Shown here in pieces: positions 11,985 to 20,599 of a stretch of DNA of 59,845 bases. Source of the stretch: Hellea sp. (GTDB lineage: Bacteria > Pseudomonadota > Alphaproteobacteria > Caulobacterales > Maricaulaceae); assembly GCA_020630275.1 (NCBI GenBank), contig JAHDBU010000003.1:1-59845 (forward strand), read 5' to 3'. The notes under the pieces were generated by a model, which saw nothing but the letters and a program-made list of their open reading frames with translations, did no database searches and was not told the origin of the DNA. The translations under genes were made by a program, and so were the position numbers. Position 1 is the first letter of the stretch. Every line of letters starts with the position of its first letter.

Positions 11985-14900
11985 TTAGTTACCGAGCCAG
12001 CGACCGATGACCTGGCCAGCGGAGTTGATAATGTTTCCGCTTCCGTCAACGCGACCGATAACAGTACCGGTTGAGCTAACGACAGATCCGTCAGCGCGGA
12101 GCGAGTAACCGCCTGCGCTTCCGAGGCTCAGTGAGCTACCGCCGGATGACAGGGCACCTGAGGCTGCGCCTGCTGCACCGCCTGTTGACAGTGAGCCGCC
12201 GCTGAAGCCGGAGATACGACCGATGATCGCTCCAGAAGAGGTAACGATGTTACCGCTGCCGTCGACAGTACCAATCACGGCACCTGAAGCATTCAGGACC
12301 TGACCAGAGCTGGTGATCGTGTAAGTCGCACCATTGATGGTCATTGTCTGGCTACCGCCGGAGATGGTTCCGCCGGATGTACCTGTCGCTGGGAAGCCAC
12401 CAACAGTTGATCCGATAGAGCCGGAGTAGCTACCACCAGAGCCGCTGACCATTGAGCGCCAGTCAACACCCAGTCTCTCAACAGTTGTCAGGGTCAGACC
12501 ACCGGTAGAGAGGCCTTTCGCACGCTGATACTGCTCGACTGCAAAGTAGGTCTGCTGACCCAGGCGGCCATCAATGGCACCTGTGTAGTAACCTTCTGAC
12601 TTCAGAGCCCGCTGGATGGCGGAGATCACTGTTGTGGTCGCGTTCGCTTCACAGAGAACCTGACGCCACTCAACCTTCTCAGGTGAAAGAGCGTTCCGCT
12701 TAGTGATTGAACCGTACTCAGCCGGGATAAGGATCGACTCTGTGCGAGCTGGTTCAACCATCTTCGTCACTTCGATAGTGTCGTAGACAGCAGGGACCAG
12801 ACGACGTTCCATACGAGGTGTTCCGTCAACGACGCGGCGAGTTACCTGCTTGGTAACGGCCGGGATGACGCGCTCCTCTGTACGGGCCGGTGTCTTAACG
12901 ACCTGACGTGAGACCTGCTTCGTGATTGCTGGGATAACTTTCTCAGCAGTACGGGCCGGTGTTTTCACGCGACGGCGAGTCTCTGTCTTAGTGACAGCCG
13001 GGATGACCTTCTCGACAGTCCGTGCCGGTGTCTTAACGACGCGGCGTGAGACCTGTTGAGTGACAGCCGGTACCGGACGCTCGGAGGTCGATGCCGGTGT
13101 CTTAACGACACGACGTGAGACCTGTTTCGTGACCGCTGGGATGACACGCTCAGTTGTTGCAGCTGGTGTCTTAACAACACGACGCTGAACTTGCTGAGTG
13201 ACAGCCGGGATCACTTTCTCACGAGTCTGGGCCGGGGTCTTAACAACCTGACGGCTGACAGTCTTCGTAACAGCTGGGATCACCTTCTCGACGGTACGAG
13301 CTGGCTCTTTCACAACGCGGCGAGTGACCTGCTTAGTGACAGCTGGCACAGCGCGCTCTTGTGTAGAAGCCGGTGTCTTGACCACGCGACGGGAGACTTG
13401 CTTGGTGACCGCTGGGACGACCTTCTCGACAGTGCGAGCTGGTGTCTTAACGACACGGCGAGTTTCCTGCTTTGTGATTGCCGGGATCACACGCTCTTGC
13501 GTCGAAGCTGGTGTCTTGACCACGCGACGTGTCTCAACCTTCGTGACGGCCGGTACGACCTTCTCGACGGTACGAGCCGGTGTCTTAACAACACGACGTG
13601 TCAACTGCTGTGTTACAGCTGGGACAGCGCGCTCTGTTGTAGAGGCCGGTGTCTTAACAACGCGACGTGAAACTTGCTTGGTCACAGCTGGGATCACCTT
13701 CTCGACGGTGCGAGCTGGTGTCTTGATGCGACGGCGAGTTTCCTGCTTTGTGATCGCCGGGATGGCTTTCTCAACAGTGCGAGCGGGCGTTTTAACAACA
13801 CGACGTGATACCTGCTTAGTTACAGCCGGGATCGTCCGCTCTCTGGTCGCTGCCGGTGTCTTCACAACGCGACGTGTTTCCATCTTAGTGACAGCTGGAA
13901 TGACACGCTCTGTTGTAGAGGCCGGTGTCTTAACAACGCGACGTGAGATCTGCTTGGTGACGGCCGGGATGACCTTCTCCACAGTCTGTGCCGGTGTCTT
14001 AACGATGCGGCGAGTTTCCTGCTTTGTGATCGCTGGAACAACACGCTCTTGCGTTGCAGCCGGTGTCTTAACAACACGACGGGAGACCTGCTTCGTGACA
14101 GCTGGGATCACCTTCTCGACAGTGCGAGCCGGTGTCTTAACAACACGCTGAGTTTCCATCTTAGTCACAGCTGGGATGACACGCTCTGTGGTTGCAGCCG
14201 GTGTCTTAACGACACGGCGTGTAACCTGCTTCGTGACAGCCGGAATGACTTTCTCGACGGTACGGGCCGGTGTCTTGATGACACGACGCGTTTCCATCTT
14301 CGTCACAGCTGGGATTGCCTTCTCGACAGTACGCGCTGGCGTCTTAACGACCCGGCGAGAAACCTGCTTGGTCACAGCTGGGATCACCTTCTCGACGGTG
14401 CGAGCTGGTGTCTTGATGCGACGGCGAGTTTCCTGCTTAGTGATCGCTGGTACAGCGCGCTCTTGCGTTGCGGCTGGTGTCTTAACGACGCGACGAGAAA
14501 CCTGCTTGGTTACAGCTGGAATAACTTTCTCAACTGTGCGGGCAGGGGTCTTAACGACACGGCGAGTTTCCTGCTTAGTGATAGCTGGAACAACACGCTC
14601 TTGCGTTGCAGCTGGTGTCTTAACGACACGGCGCGTAACCTGCTTTGTAACAGCCGGAACAGTGCGTTCCTGGGTCGCTGCAGGCGTTTTCACAACACGG
14701 CGAGTTTCCATCTTAGTCACAGCCGGAATGACACGCTCTTGCGTTGCAGCCGGTGTCTTAACGACGCGGCGAGAAACCTGCTTGGTGACCGCTGGGACAA
14801 CCTGCTCAACGGTGCGAGCTGGTGTCTTAACGATACGGCGAGTTTCCTGCTTCGTGATGGCCGGAATGACCTTCTCAACAGTTGCCGCTGGCTTATCAAC

Positions 14901-17900
14901 GACACGACGCGTGATTTGCTTCGTGACAGCTGGGATTGTCCGCTCTTGCGTTGCGGCTGGTGTCTTAACGACACGACGCTTACGCATTTGCGTGATGGCC
15001 GGGATGACCTTCTCGACAGTCCGTGCTGGCTCTTTAACAACGCGGCGAGAAACCTGCTTGGTCACAGCTGGGATCACCTTCTCGACGGTGCGAGCTGGCG
15101 TCTTGATGCGACGGCGAGTTTCCTGCTTCGTGACAGCCGGAATGACACGCTCTTGGGTCGCAGCTGGCGTCTTAACAACGCGGCGCTGAACCTGCTGCGT
15201 GACAGCTGGTATGACCTTCTCAACAGTACGAGCAGGAGTCTTAACGACACGGCGTGTCTCTTGCTTCGTAACAGCTGGGATCACCTTTTCGCGAGTTTGA
15301 GCCGGTGTATCTACGACACGGCGCGTAACCTGCTTCGTGACAGCTGGGATAACTCTCTCAACTGTACGGGCCGGTGTTTTCACGCGACGGCGCTGTTCCT
15401 GCTTGGTGACAGCCGGTATCGCACGCTGTGTTGTTGACGCTGGTTGGTCAACAACGCGACGTGTGATTTGCTTTGTCACAGCCGGAATGACTTTCTCAAC
15501 TGTACGAGCCGGTGTTTTCACGACACGTCGTGAAACCTGCTTCGTCACAGCCGGGATAACCTTCTCGACAATGCGGGCTGGTTCAGCAACCTCAGTGACT
15601 GTGTAAGAGCCCATGCGCTGACCGAACTGGCCAGAACCACCGCTGCGTCCGCCACCGTAGTAACGAGAGCCGACACCAGCATTGTTGGCATCACGATCTG
15701 CAGCTGCAGCTGCTGTACGTGACATGCCGTCACGATCATCACGACCGTCGCCGTTTCCGTCTACAAATCCGGAAATGACGCTACCAGCAGCTTCTGAGCG
15801 AGACACGACACGGGCCGGTGTCTTAACGATGCGGCGCGTGATTGTATCTGTCACAGCTGGGACCGGGATCTCGCGTGTTGAGGCTTCACGGTCAACGACA
15901 CGACGTGTGATCGTCTTAGTGACAGCCGGGATACGCTTCTCAACAGTCCGGGCAGGGGTCTTGATGACCTGCTTGGTGATGGTTTTGTATTGAGCCGGGA
16001 TCAGAACACGACAGATAATCTCACCGGTTGGAGAGACAGATGTCTGCGTTGACTCGACGATCCGTTCGTTGACACCGTCAAATACAGTGAACTGACCACG
16101 TGTATTTGTGTTCACGGTACCGGAGGCACGGAACTGACCAGCATTGACCGCTTGAGTCGCTGATTTCCACTCTTCACGAGCTGGAGAAATCAGAACGCGC
16201 TCTGTCTTGGTCTCATATGTTGCCGGAATGACGTCGATGTCGACGGATTCTGGACGAACAACAACTGTCTCGGTGACAGTCTTATAAGAGGCCGGGACAG
16301 CTTCTAGGCGAGTTGATGCTTCCTGAACAACGATTGTCTCTGTGACAGTTTCGTAAGTTGCAGGGATCACAACCAGCTCTTCAGCGGCATCCTTGGCAAT
16401 GTAGCTCTCGTTACGCGTTGTCATTTTTGCCGGAACAGTGACGTACTCGACGCCCTGTGGCTGAACAACAACGGTTTCTGTTACAGTCTCGAACTCAGCC
16501 GGGATCGTTACGAGCTCGGTTGTCGCTTCCTGAACTACAACTGTCTCAGTGACAGTCTTGTAAGTAGCCGGAACAGCGATCAGCTCTGTAGTTGCTTCCT
16601 GGACAACAATAGTCTCTGCGTATGTTTCGTATGTGGCCGGAACTGTCTCATAAGTGACAGATTGTGGCTGTACGACAACAGTTTCAGTGACTGTTTTGAA
16701 TGTTGGAGGAATTGTCACCAGCTCTGTTGACGCTTCGCGTACAACAACAGTCTCAGCGACAGTGTCGTATGTGGCCGGTACGGTAACCAACTCAGTCGAA
16801 GCTTCCTGAACAACGACAGTTTCATTGACGGTCTCGTAAGTCGCCGGAATTGTTACGAGCTCTGTAGAGGCTTCCTGGACAACAACTGTCTCAGTGTAAG
16901 TCTCGTACTCGGCAGGTACAGTCACATAGTCAACACTTTGCGGCTGAACAACAACGGTTTCTGTTACGGTCTCATATGTTGCTGGAACAGTGATAAGTTC
17001 GGTAGTCGCCTCTTGTACGACAACAGGCTCTTCCACTGTTTCAAACGTAGCCGGGATGGTTACCAGCTCGGTTGAAGCTTCCTGAACGACAACTGTCTCG
17101 GTGACAGTTCTGTAGGTTGCTGGAACCGTCACAAGCTCCGTAGAGGCTTCCTGAACAACAACAGTCTCAGTCACAGTATCGTAAACAGGTGGAACTGTTG
17201 TGTAGGTCACAGACTGAGGCTGAACGACAACGGTTTCAGTGACAGTCTCGTATGTGGCCGGAATTGTTACCAACTCAGTCGAAGCTTCTTGAACAACAAC
17301 AGGTTCCTGAACAGTTTCGAATGTGGCAGGAATTGTCACATACTCTGTCGTTGCCGGTTGCACGACGATTGTTTCAGAAACCGTCTCGTAAGTGGCCGGA
17401 ATAGTCACTAGCTCTGTAGAGGCTTCCTGGACAACAACTGTCTCAGTTACGTTCTCATAGACAGGCGGTACAGTTTCGTAAGTCACTGACTGAGGCTGAA
17501 CGACAACCGTTTCGGTCACAGTTTCAAACGTAGCTGGGATGGTAACCAACTCGGTTGACGCGTCCTGAACAACAACTGTCTCTGTGTAAGTCTCATATTC
17601 GGCTGGAACCGTGATGTAGTCGACGCCTTGTGGCTGCACGACGATAGTCTCAGTAACAGTTTCGTATGTGGCCGGAACAGTAATCAGCTCAGTTGTAGCT
17701 GGCTGAATAACAACAGGCTCTTGAACCGTTTCGTATGTCGGAGGAATGACCTCATATGTGACAGACTGCGGCTGAACGACAACAGTTTCTGTGATAGTTT
17801 CGAAGACCGGCGGAACTGTAACTAGCTCAGTCGAAGCTTCTTGAACCACAACAGGGTACTGTTTGGTTTCGTAAGTTGCTGGAATTGTCTCGTAAGCAAC

Positions 17901-19847
17901 AGATTGCGGCTGCACGACGACAGTTTCAGTAACAGTTTCAAATGTCGCTGGGATTGTAACCAACTCAGTTGAAGCTTCCTGAACGACAACAGTCTCGGTG
18001 ACTGTGTCATATACAGGTGGCACAACAACATATTCAACAGACTGTGGCTGAACAACAACCGTTTCAGTGACTGTTTCGAACGTAGCCGGGATCGTCACTA
18101 ACTCTGTTGAGGCCGCTTGAACCACAACAGGCTCTTGAACAGTTTCAAAAGTTGCAGGAACAGAAATGTATTCAGTCGTTGCCGGCTGAACCACAACAGT
18201 CTCAGTTACAGTATCGTAAACAGGCGGCACAGTGACCAGCTCTGTTGAGGCATCCTGTACAACAACTGTCTCTGTGTATGTTTCATACTCAGGAGGTACA
18301 ACAACGTATTCCACTGACTGAGGCTGAACAACGACTGTTTCGGTAACAGTTTCAAACGTAGCCGGGATCGTTACCAACTCAGAAGTCGCATCTTTCACAA
18401 CAACTGTCTCAGTTACAGTCCCAAATTCGGCAGGAATTGTAACCAGCTCTGTTGTTTGAGGCTGAACAACAACGGTTTCAGAAACAGTTTCGAACGTTGC
18501 CGGGATTGTAACCAGCTCTGTTGAAGCTTCCTGAACAACGACCGTTTCCGACACTGTTTCGAACGTTGCCGGGATTGTTTCATAAGTAACAGACTGAGGC
18601 TGAACAACGACTGTTTCGGTTACAGTTTCGAACGTTGCCGGGATAGTAACCAACTCTGTCGAAGCATCCTTCACAACCACTGTTTCAGTCACGGTTCCGA
18701 ATACTGGCGGCACAGTGACCAACTCAGTTGTGGCCTCTTTAACGACCATTGTTTCGGATACTGTTTCGTATGTTGCAGGAATTGTCACCAACTCAGTCGA
18801 CGCGTCCTGAACAACAACAGTCTCAGTTACCGTCTCAAAAGTCGCAGGCACAGTGACGTAATCGACACTCTGCGGCTGGACCACAACGGTTTCGGTAACT
18901 GTTTCATAGGTAGCAGGGATTGTTACGAGTTCGGTTGCCGCGTCTTTCACAACAACAGTCTCTGTGACCGTGTCGTAAACGGGGGGAACGGTTACGAGCT
19001 CGGTCGATGCTTCCTGCACGACGACTGTTTCTGTGTAAGTTTCGTACTCAGCTGGAATAGTTACGTATTCAACAGACTCAGGCTTTACGACGACGGTCTC
19101 TGTCACTGTCTCATATACAGGAGGGATAGTGACGAGCTCAGTCGAAGCTTCTTGTACGACAACAGTCTCGGTTACGGTTCTGAAGGTTGATGATAGCTGA
19201 CCAGCAGATCCGCCTGTTGCGGTAACGCGCACGGCGCTTCTAGCCAACATGGCACCACCGGTGCTGACAACGTTTCCGCTGCTGTCTACGCGACCGACGA
19301 CAATGCCGCCTGGCGCGCTACCGGAGCGGTACACGGCACCGTTGGAACCAATGATGTAAATTGTTCCGCCAACAGAAACAGCGGAAGGATATGACCCGTT
19401 CGCCAAGCGGGCAGCTGCGCCGCGTGCGATGACTGAACCATTTGCGGCGACAATGTCACCGTTGGCGTTGACGCTTCCAATTGAGGAGCCGCCGCCGCCA
19501 CTGCCTGCAGTGGAGACTGTTCCGTCTGGGGAAATATTAAATAGAACACCACCAATTGTTACGGTTGATGGATAACGGTAACCACCAGTTCCGACTGGGA
19601 CGAGTTGATAGGACTCCTCCTGAACCAGAACGCGCTCAGGCACGGTTTCGTAACGTGCTGGGATTTTTCTCAGCTGCGTTGCTTCCGGCTTGATCAGGAT
19701 CTGCTCGGTTGTGGTTTCATAAGTTGCCGGGACAATCACCCGGGCAAAACATTCACCCGGACGCGGGTCACCTGGCGGCAACTCCTGGGCGATGGTCGGT
19801 GCGGTTAGCACCACGGCACTAGTGGCCAGTAATAGAGTACGTTTCAT
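11985..19847 (-). CDS. Giant secreted repeat protein (about 2,620 aa): acidic 23-aa repeat array, basic 23-aa repeat array and a C-terminal peptidoglycan-binding domain
   Basis: Single uninterrupted ORF. The likely start is the ATG at 19847 (MKRTLLLATSAVVLTAPTIAQE signal peptide). Seed motif GECFARVIVPATYETTTEQILIKPE, then 43 acidic and 40 basic units of 23 aa. PG_binding_1-like segment TTVISAIQRALKSEGYYTGAIDGRLGQQTYFAVEQYQRAKGLSTGGLTLTTVERLGV at about 12465..12638. The gene has its own terminator. Confidence 0.85.
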   Translation of the reverse strand: MKRTLLLATSAVVLTAPTIAQELPPGDPRPGECFARVIVPATYETTTEQILIKPEATQLRKIPARYETVPERVLVQEESYQLVPVGTGGYRYPSTVTIGGVLFNISPDGTVSTAGSGGGGSSIGSVNANGDIVAANGSVIARGAAARLANGSYPSAVSVGGTIYIIGSNGAVYRSGSAPGGIVVGRVDSSGNVVSTGGAMLARSAVRVTATGGSAGQLSSTFRTVTETVVVQEASTELVTIPPVYETVTETVVVKPESVEYVTIPAEYETYTETVVVQEASTELVTVPPVYDTVTETVVVKDAATELVTIPATYETVTETVVVQPQSVDYVTVPATFETVTETVVVQDASTELVTIPATYETVSETMVVKEATTELVTVPPVFGTVTETVVVKDASTELVTIPATFETVTETVVVQPQSVTYETIPATFETVSETVVVQEASTELVTIPATFETVSETVVVQPQTTELVTIPAEFGTVTETVVVKDATSELVTIPATFETVTETVVVQPQSVEYVVVPPEYETYTETVVVQDASTELVTVPPVYDTVTETVVVQPATTEYISVPATFETVQEPVVVQAASTELVTIPATFETVTETVVVQPQSVEYVVVPPVYDTVTETVVVQEASTELVTIPATFETVTETVVVQPQSVAYETIPATYETKQYPVVVQEASTELVTVPPVFETITETVVVQPQSVTYEVIPPTYETVQEPVVIQPATTELITVPATYETVTETIVVQPQGVDYITVPAEYETYTETVVVQDASTELVTIPATFETVTETVVVQPQSVTYETVPPVYENVTETVVVQEASTELVTIPATYETVSETIVVQPATTEYVTIPATFETVQEPVVVQEASTELVTIPATYETVTETVVVQPQSVTYTTVPPVYDTVTETVVVQEASTELVTVPATYRTVTETVVVQEASTELVTIPATFETVEEPVVVQEATTELITVPATYETVTETVVVQPQSVDYVTVPAEYETYTETVVVQEASTELVTIPATYETVNETVVVQEASTELVTVPATYDTVAETVVVREASTELVTIPPTFKTVTETVVVQPQSVTYETVPATYETYAETIVVQEATTELIAVPATYKTVTETVVVQEATTELVTIPAEFETVTETVVVQPQGVEYVTVPAKMTTRNESYIAKDAAEELVVIPATYETVTETIVVQEASTRLEAVPASYKTVTETVVVRPESVDIDVIPATYETKTERVLISPAREEWKSATQAVNAGQFRASGTVNTNTRGQFTVFDGVNERIVESTQTSVSPTGEIICRVLIPAQYKTITKQVIKTPARTVEKRIPAVTKTITRRVVDREASTREIPVPAVTDTITRRIVKTPARVVSRSEAAGSVISGFVDGNGDGRDDRDGMSRTAAAAADRDANNAGVGSRYYGGGRSGGSGQFGQRMGSYTVTEVAEPARIVEKVIPAVTKQVSRRVVKTPARTVEKVIPAVTKQITRRVVDQPASTTQRAIPAVTKQEQRRRVKTPARTVERVIPAVTKQVTRRVVDTPAQTREKVIPAVTKQETRRVVKTPARTVEKVIPAVTQQVQRRVVKTPAATQERVIPAVTKQETRRRIKTPARTVEKVIPAVTKQVSRRVVKEPARTVEKVIPAITQMRKRRVVKTPAATQERTIPAVTKQITRRVVDKPAATVEKVIPAITKQETRRIVKTPARTVEQVVPAVTKQVSRRVVKTPAATQERVIPAVTKMETRRVVKTPAATQERTVPAVTKQVTRRVVKTPAATQERVVPAITKQETRRVVKTPARTVEKVIPAVTKQVSRRVVKTPAATQERAVPAITKQETRRRIKTPARTVEKVIPAVTKQVSRRVVKTPARTVEKAIPAVTKMETRRVIKTPARTVEKVIPAVTKQVTRRVVKTPAATTERVIPAVTKMETQRVVKTPARTVEKVIPAVTKQVSRRVVKTPAATQERVVPAITKQETRRIVKTPAQTVEKVIPAVTKQISRRVVKTPASTTERVIPAVTKMETRRVVKTPAATRERTIPAVTKQVSRRVVKTPARTVEKAIPAITKQETRRRIKTPARTVEKVIPAVTKQVSRRVVKTPASTTERAVPAVTQQLTRRVVKTPARTVEKVVPAVTKVETRRVVKTPASTQERVIPAITKQETRRVVKTPARTVEKVVPAVTKQVSRRVVKTPASTQERAVPAVTKQVTRRVVKEPARTVEKVIPAVTKTVSRQVVKTPAQTREKVIPAVTQQVQRRVVKTPAATTERVIPAVTKQVSRRVVKTPASTSERPVPAVTQQVSRRVVKTPARTVEKVIPAVTKTETRRRVKTPARTAEKVIPAITKQVSRQVVKTPARTEERVIPAVTKQVTRRVVDGTPRMERRLVPAVYDTIEVTKMVEPARTESILIPAEYGSITKRNALSPEKVEWRQVLCEANATTTVISAIQRALKSEGYYTGAIDGRLGQQTYFAVEQYQRAKGLSTGGLTLTTVERLGVDWRSMVSGSGGSYSGSIGSTVGGFPATGTSGGTISGGSQTMTINGATYTITSSGQVLNASGAVIGTVDGSGNIVTSSGAIIGRISGFSGGSLSTGGAAGAASGALSSGGSSLSLGSAGGYSLRADGSVVSSTGTVIGRVDGSGNIINSAGQVIGRWLGN
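12822..15581 (-). repeat. Tandem array of 40 x 69 bp (in-frame; basic 23-aa unit PARTVEKVIPAVTKQVSRRVVKT)
   Basis: I counted 40 consecutive 23-aa units in the translation (aa 1428-2347 of the 2,625-codon ORF). The boundaries were checked against the codons at 15579..15581 (Pro) and 12822..12824 (Gly). Confidence 0.9.
16197..19163 (-). repeat. Tandem array of 43 x 69 bp (in-frame; acidic 23-aa unit VVVQEASTELVTIPATYETVTET)
   Basis: I counted 43 consecutive 23-aa units (aa 234-1222). The boundaries were checked against the codons at 19161..19163 (first Val) and 16197..16199 (final Arg of ..ETKTER). Confidence 0.9.
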
Positions 19848-19975
19848 TTCGAAAACCCCCAAACTCTCTTTATTTTAACAATCAACTGCTAGGCACAGCT
19901 ACGTTCACCTTACCTAATCGTAAACGATTTGGCTAGGCGTTAGTTCCTCTTTAAGGAATTAAAATTGAAATTCAA

Positions 19976-20599
19976 TCATTCATCTGCAGTTAGGCGAAAA
20001 GGTCGCCAATGAGACACTTCTGCGGCGTGTAACATCTCTTTATCTCCTCTAGTATCGCCATAGGCGTGATTGATTTTCACTGATCTTGGCGAAAATTCCG
20101 CCAGAATCCGTCTAACTTTGCCTGGACCCCAGACATTCCATCCTTTGATTCTGCCAGTGCAGACCCCATCTACAACCTCTAACTCAGTGGCTAAAATGTT
20201 GTGGATATTATGCCGCTCCCCCCAGGCTCGAAGGTAAGGCGTGATTGATGCACTGCATATATATAAAGACTCTGGGCCTTTTTTTCGTTGTTCTATCTCG
20301 CTCAATGCACCGGGACGAATCAATCCTGGGATGACTGAGTGAGCAAATTTCCGAGCTTTAGACTCGACCTTTGATATGGGTTGTCCTCTGAAAAAACGGT
20401 TGATGACGTGCTTTTTGACGGCATTTCTATCGATCAGCCGGACACCGTACCCAAGGAAGACAGGTAACAGAGCTAAAATACGCCACGTCCACCCCAATGG
20501 ACCGGCATAATACCGCAAAAACAAGGCAAAAGTATCCTTAGTCGTGATCGTTCCGTCAAAGTCGAACACGTTGATTTCTATTGTTTTTGTCGCGTTCAC
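19976..20599 (-). CDS. HAD-IB family hydrolase (phosphoserine phosphatase-like)
   Basis: 207 aa; motif I FDFDGTIT near the N-terminus; C-terminal YGDTRGDKEML (motif IV-like). Confidence 0.7.
   Translation of the reverse strand: MNATKTIEINVFDFDGTITTKDTFALFLRYYAGPLGWTWRILALLPVFLGYGVRLIDRNAVKKHVINRFFRGQPISKVESKARKFAHSVIPGLIRPGALSEIEQRKKGPESLYICSASITPYLRAWGERHNIHNILATELEVVDGVCTGRIKGWNVWGPGKVRRILAEFSPRSVKINHAYGDTRGDKEMLHAAEVSHWRPFRLTADE

Noticed and set aside
13191-15606. Very long plus-strand ORFs inside the basic repeat array (for example 14049..15437 at 462 aa, 14176..15189 at 337 aa, 13324..14151 at 275 aa, and 13191..13670).
   Set aside because: They are antisense or alternative-frame shadows of the 69-bp repeat. 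A repeat unit that lacks stop codons in a frame propagates that open frame across the array. Their products are low-complexity (R/C/L/N or T/R/V/G runs), they have no RBS, and the minus-strand frame is the one with a signal peptide, a PG-binding domain and a terminator.
12822-19163. Regular 69-bp periodicity could superficially suggest a CRISPR array or satellite.
   Set aside because: There are no unique spacers between conserved repeats and every unit is a diverged copy of its neighbour. The period is a multiple of 3, the whole region is one open reading frame, and no cas genes are present.
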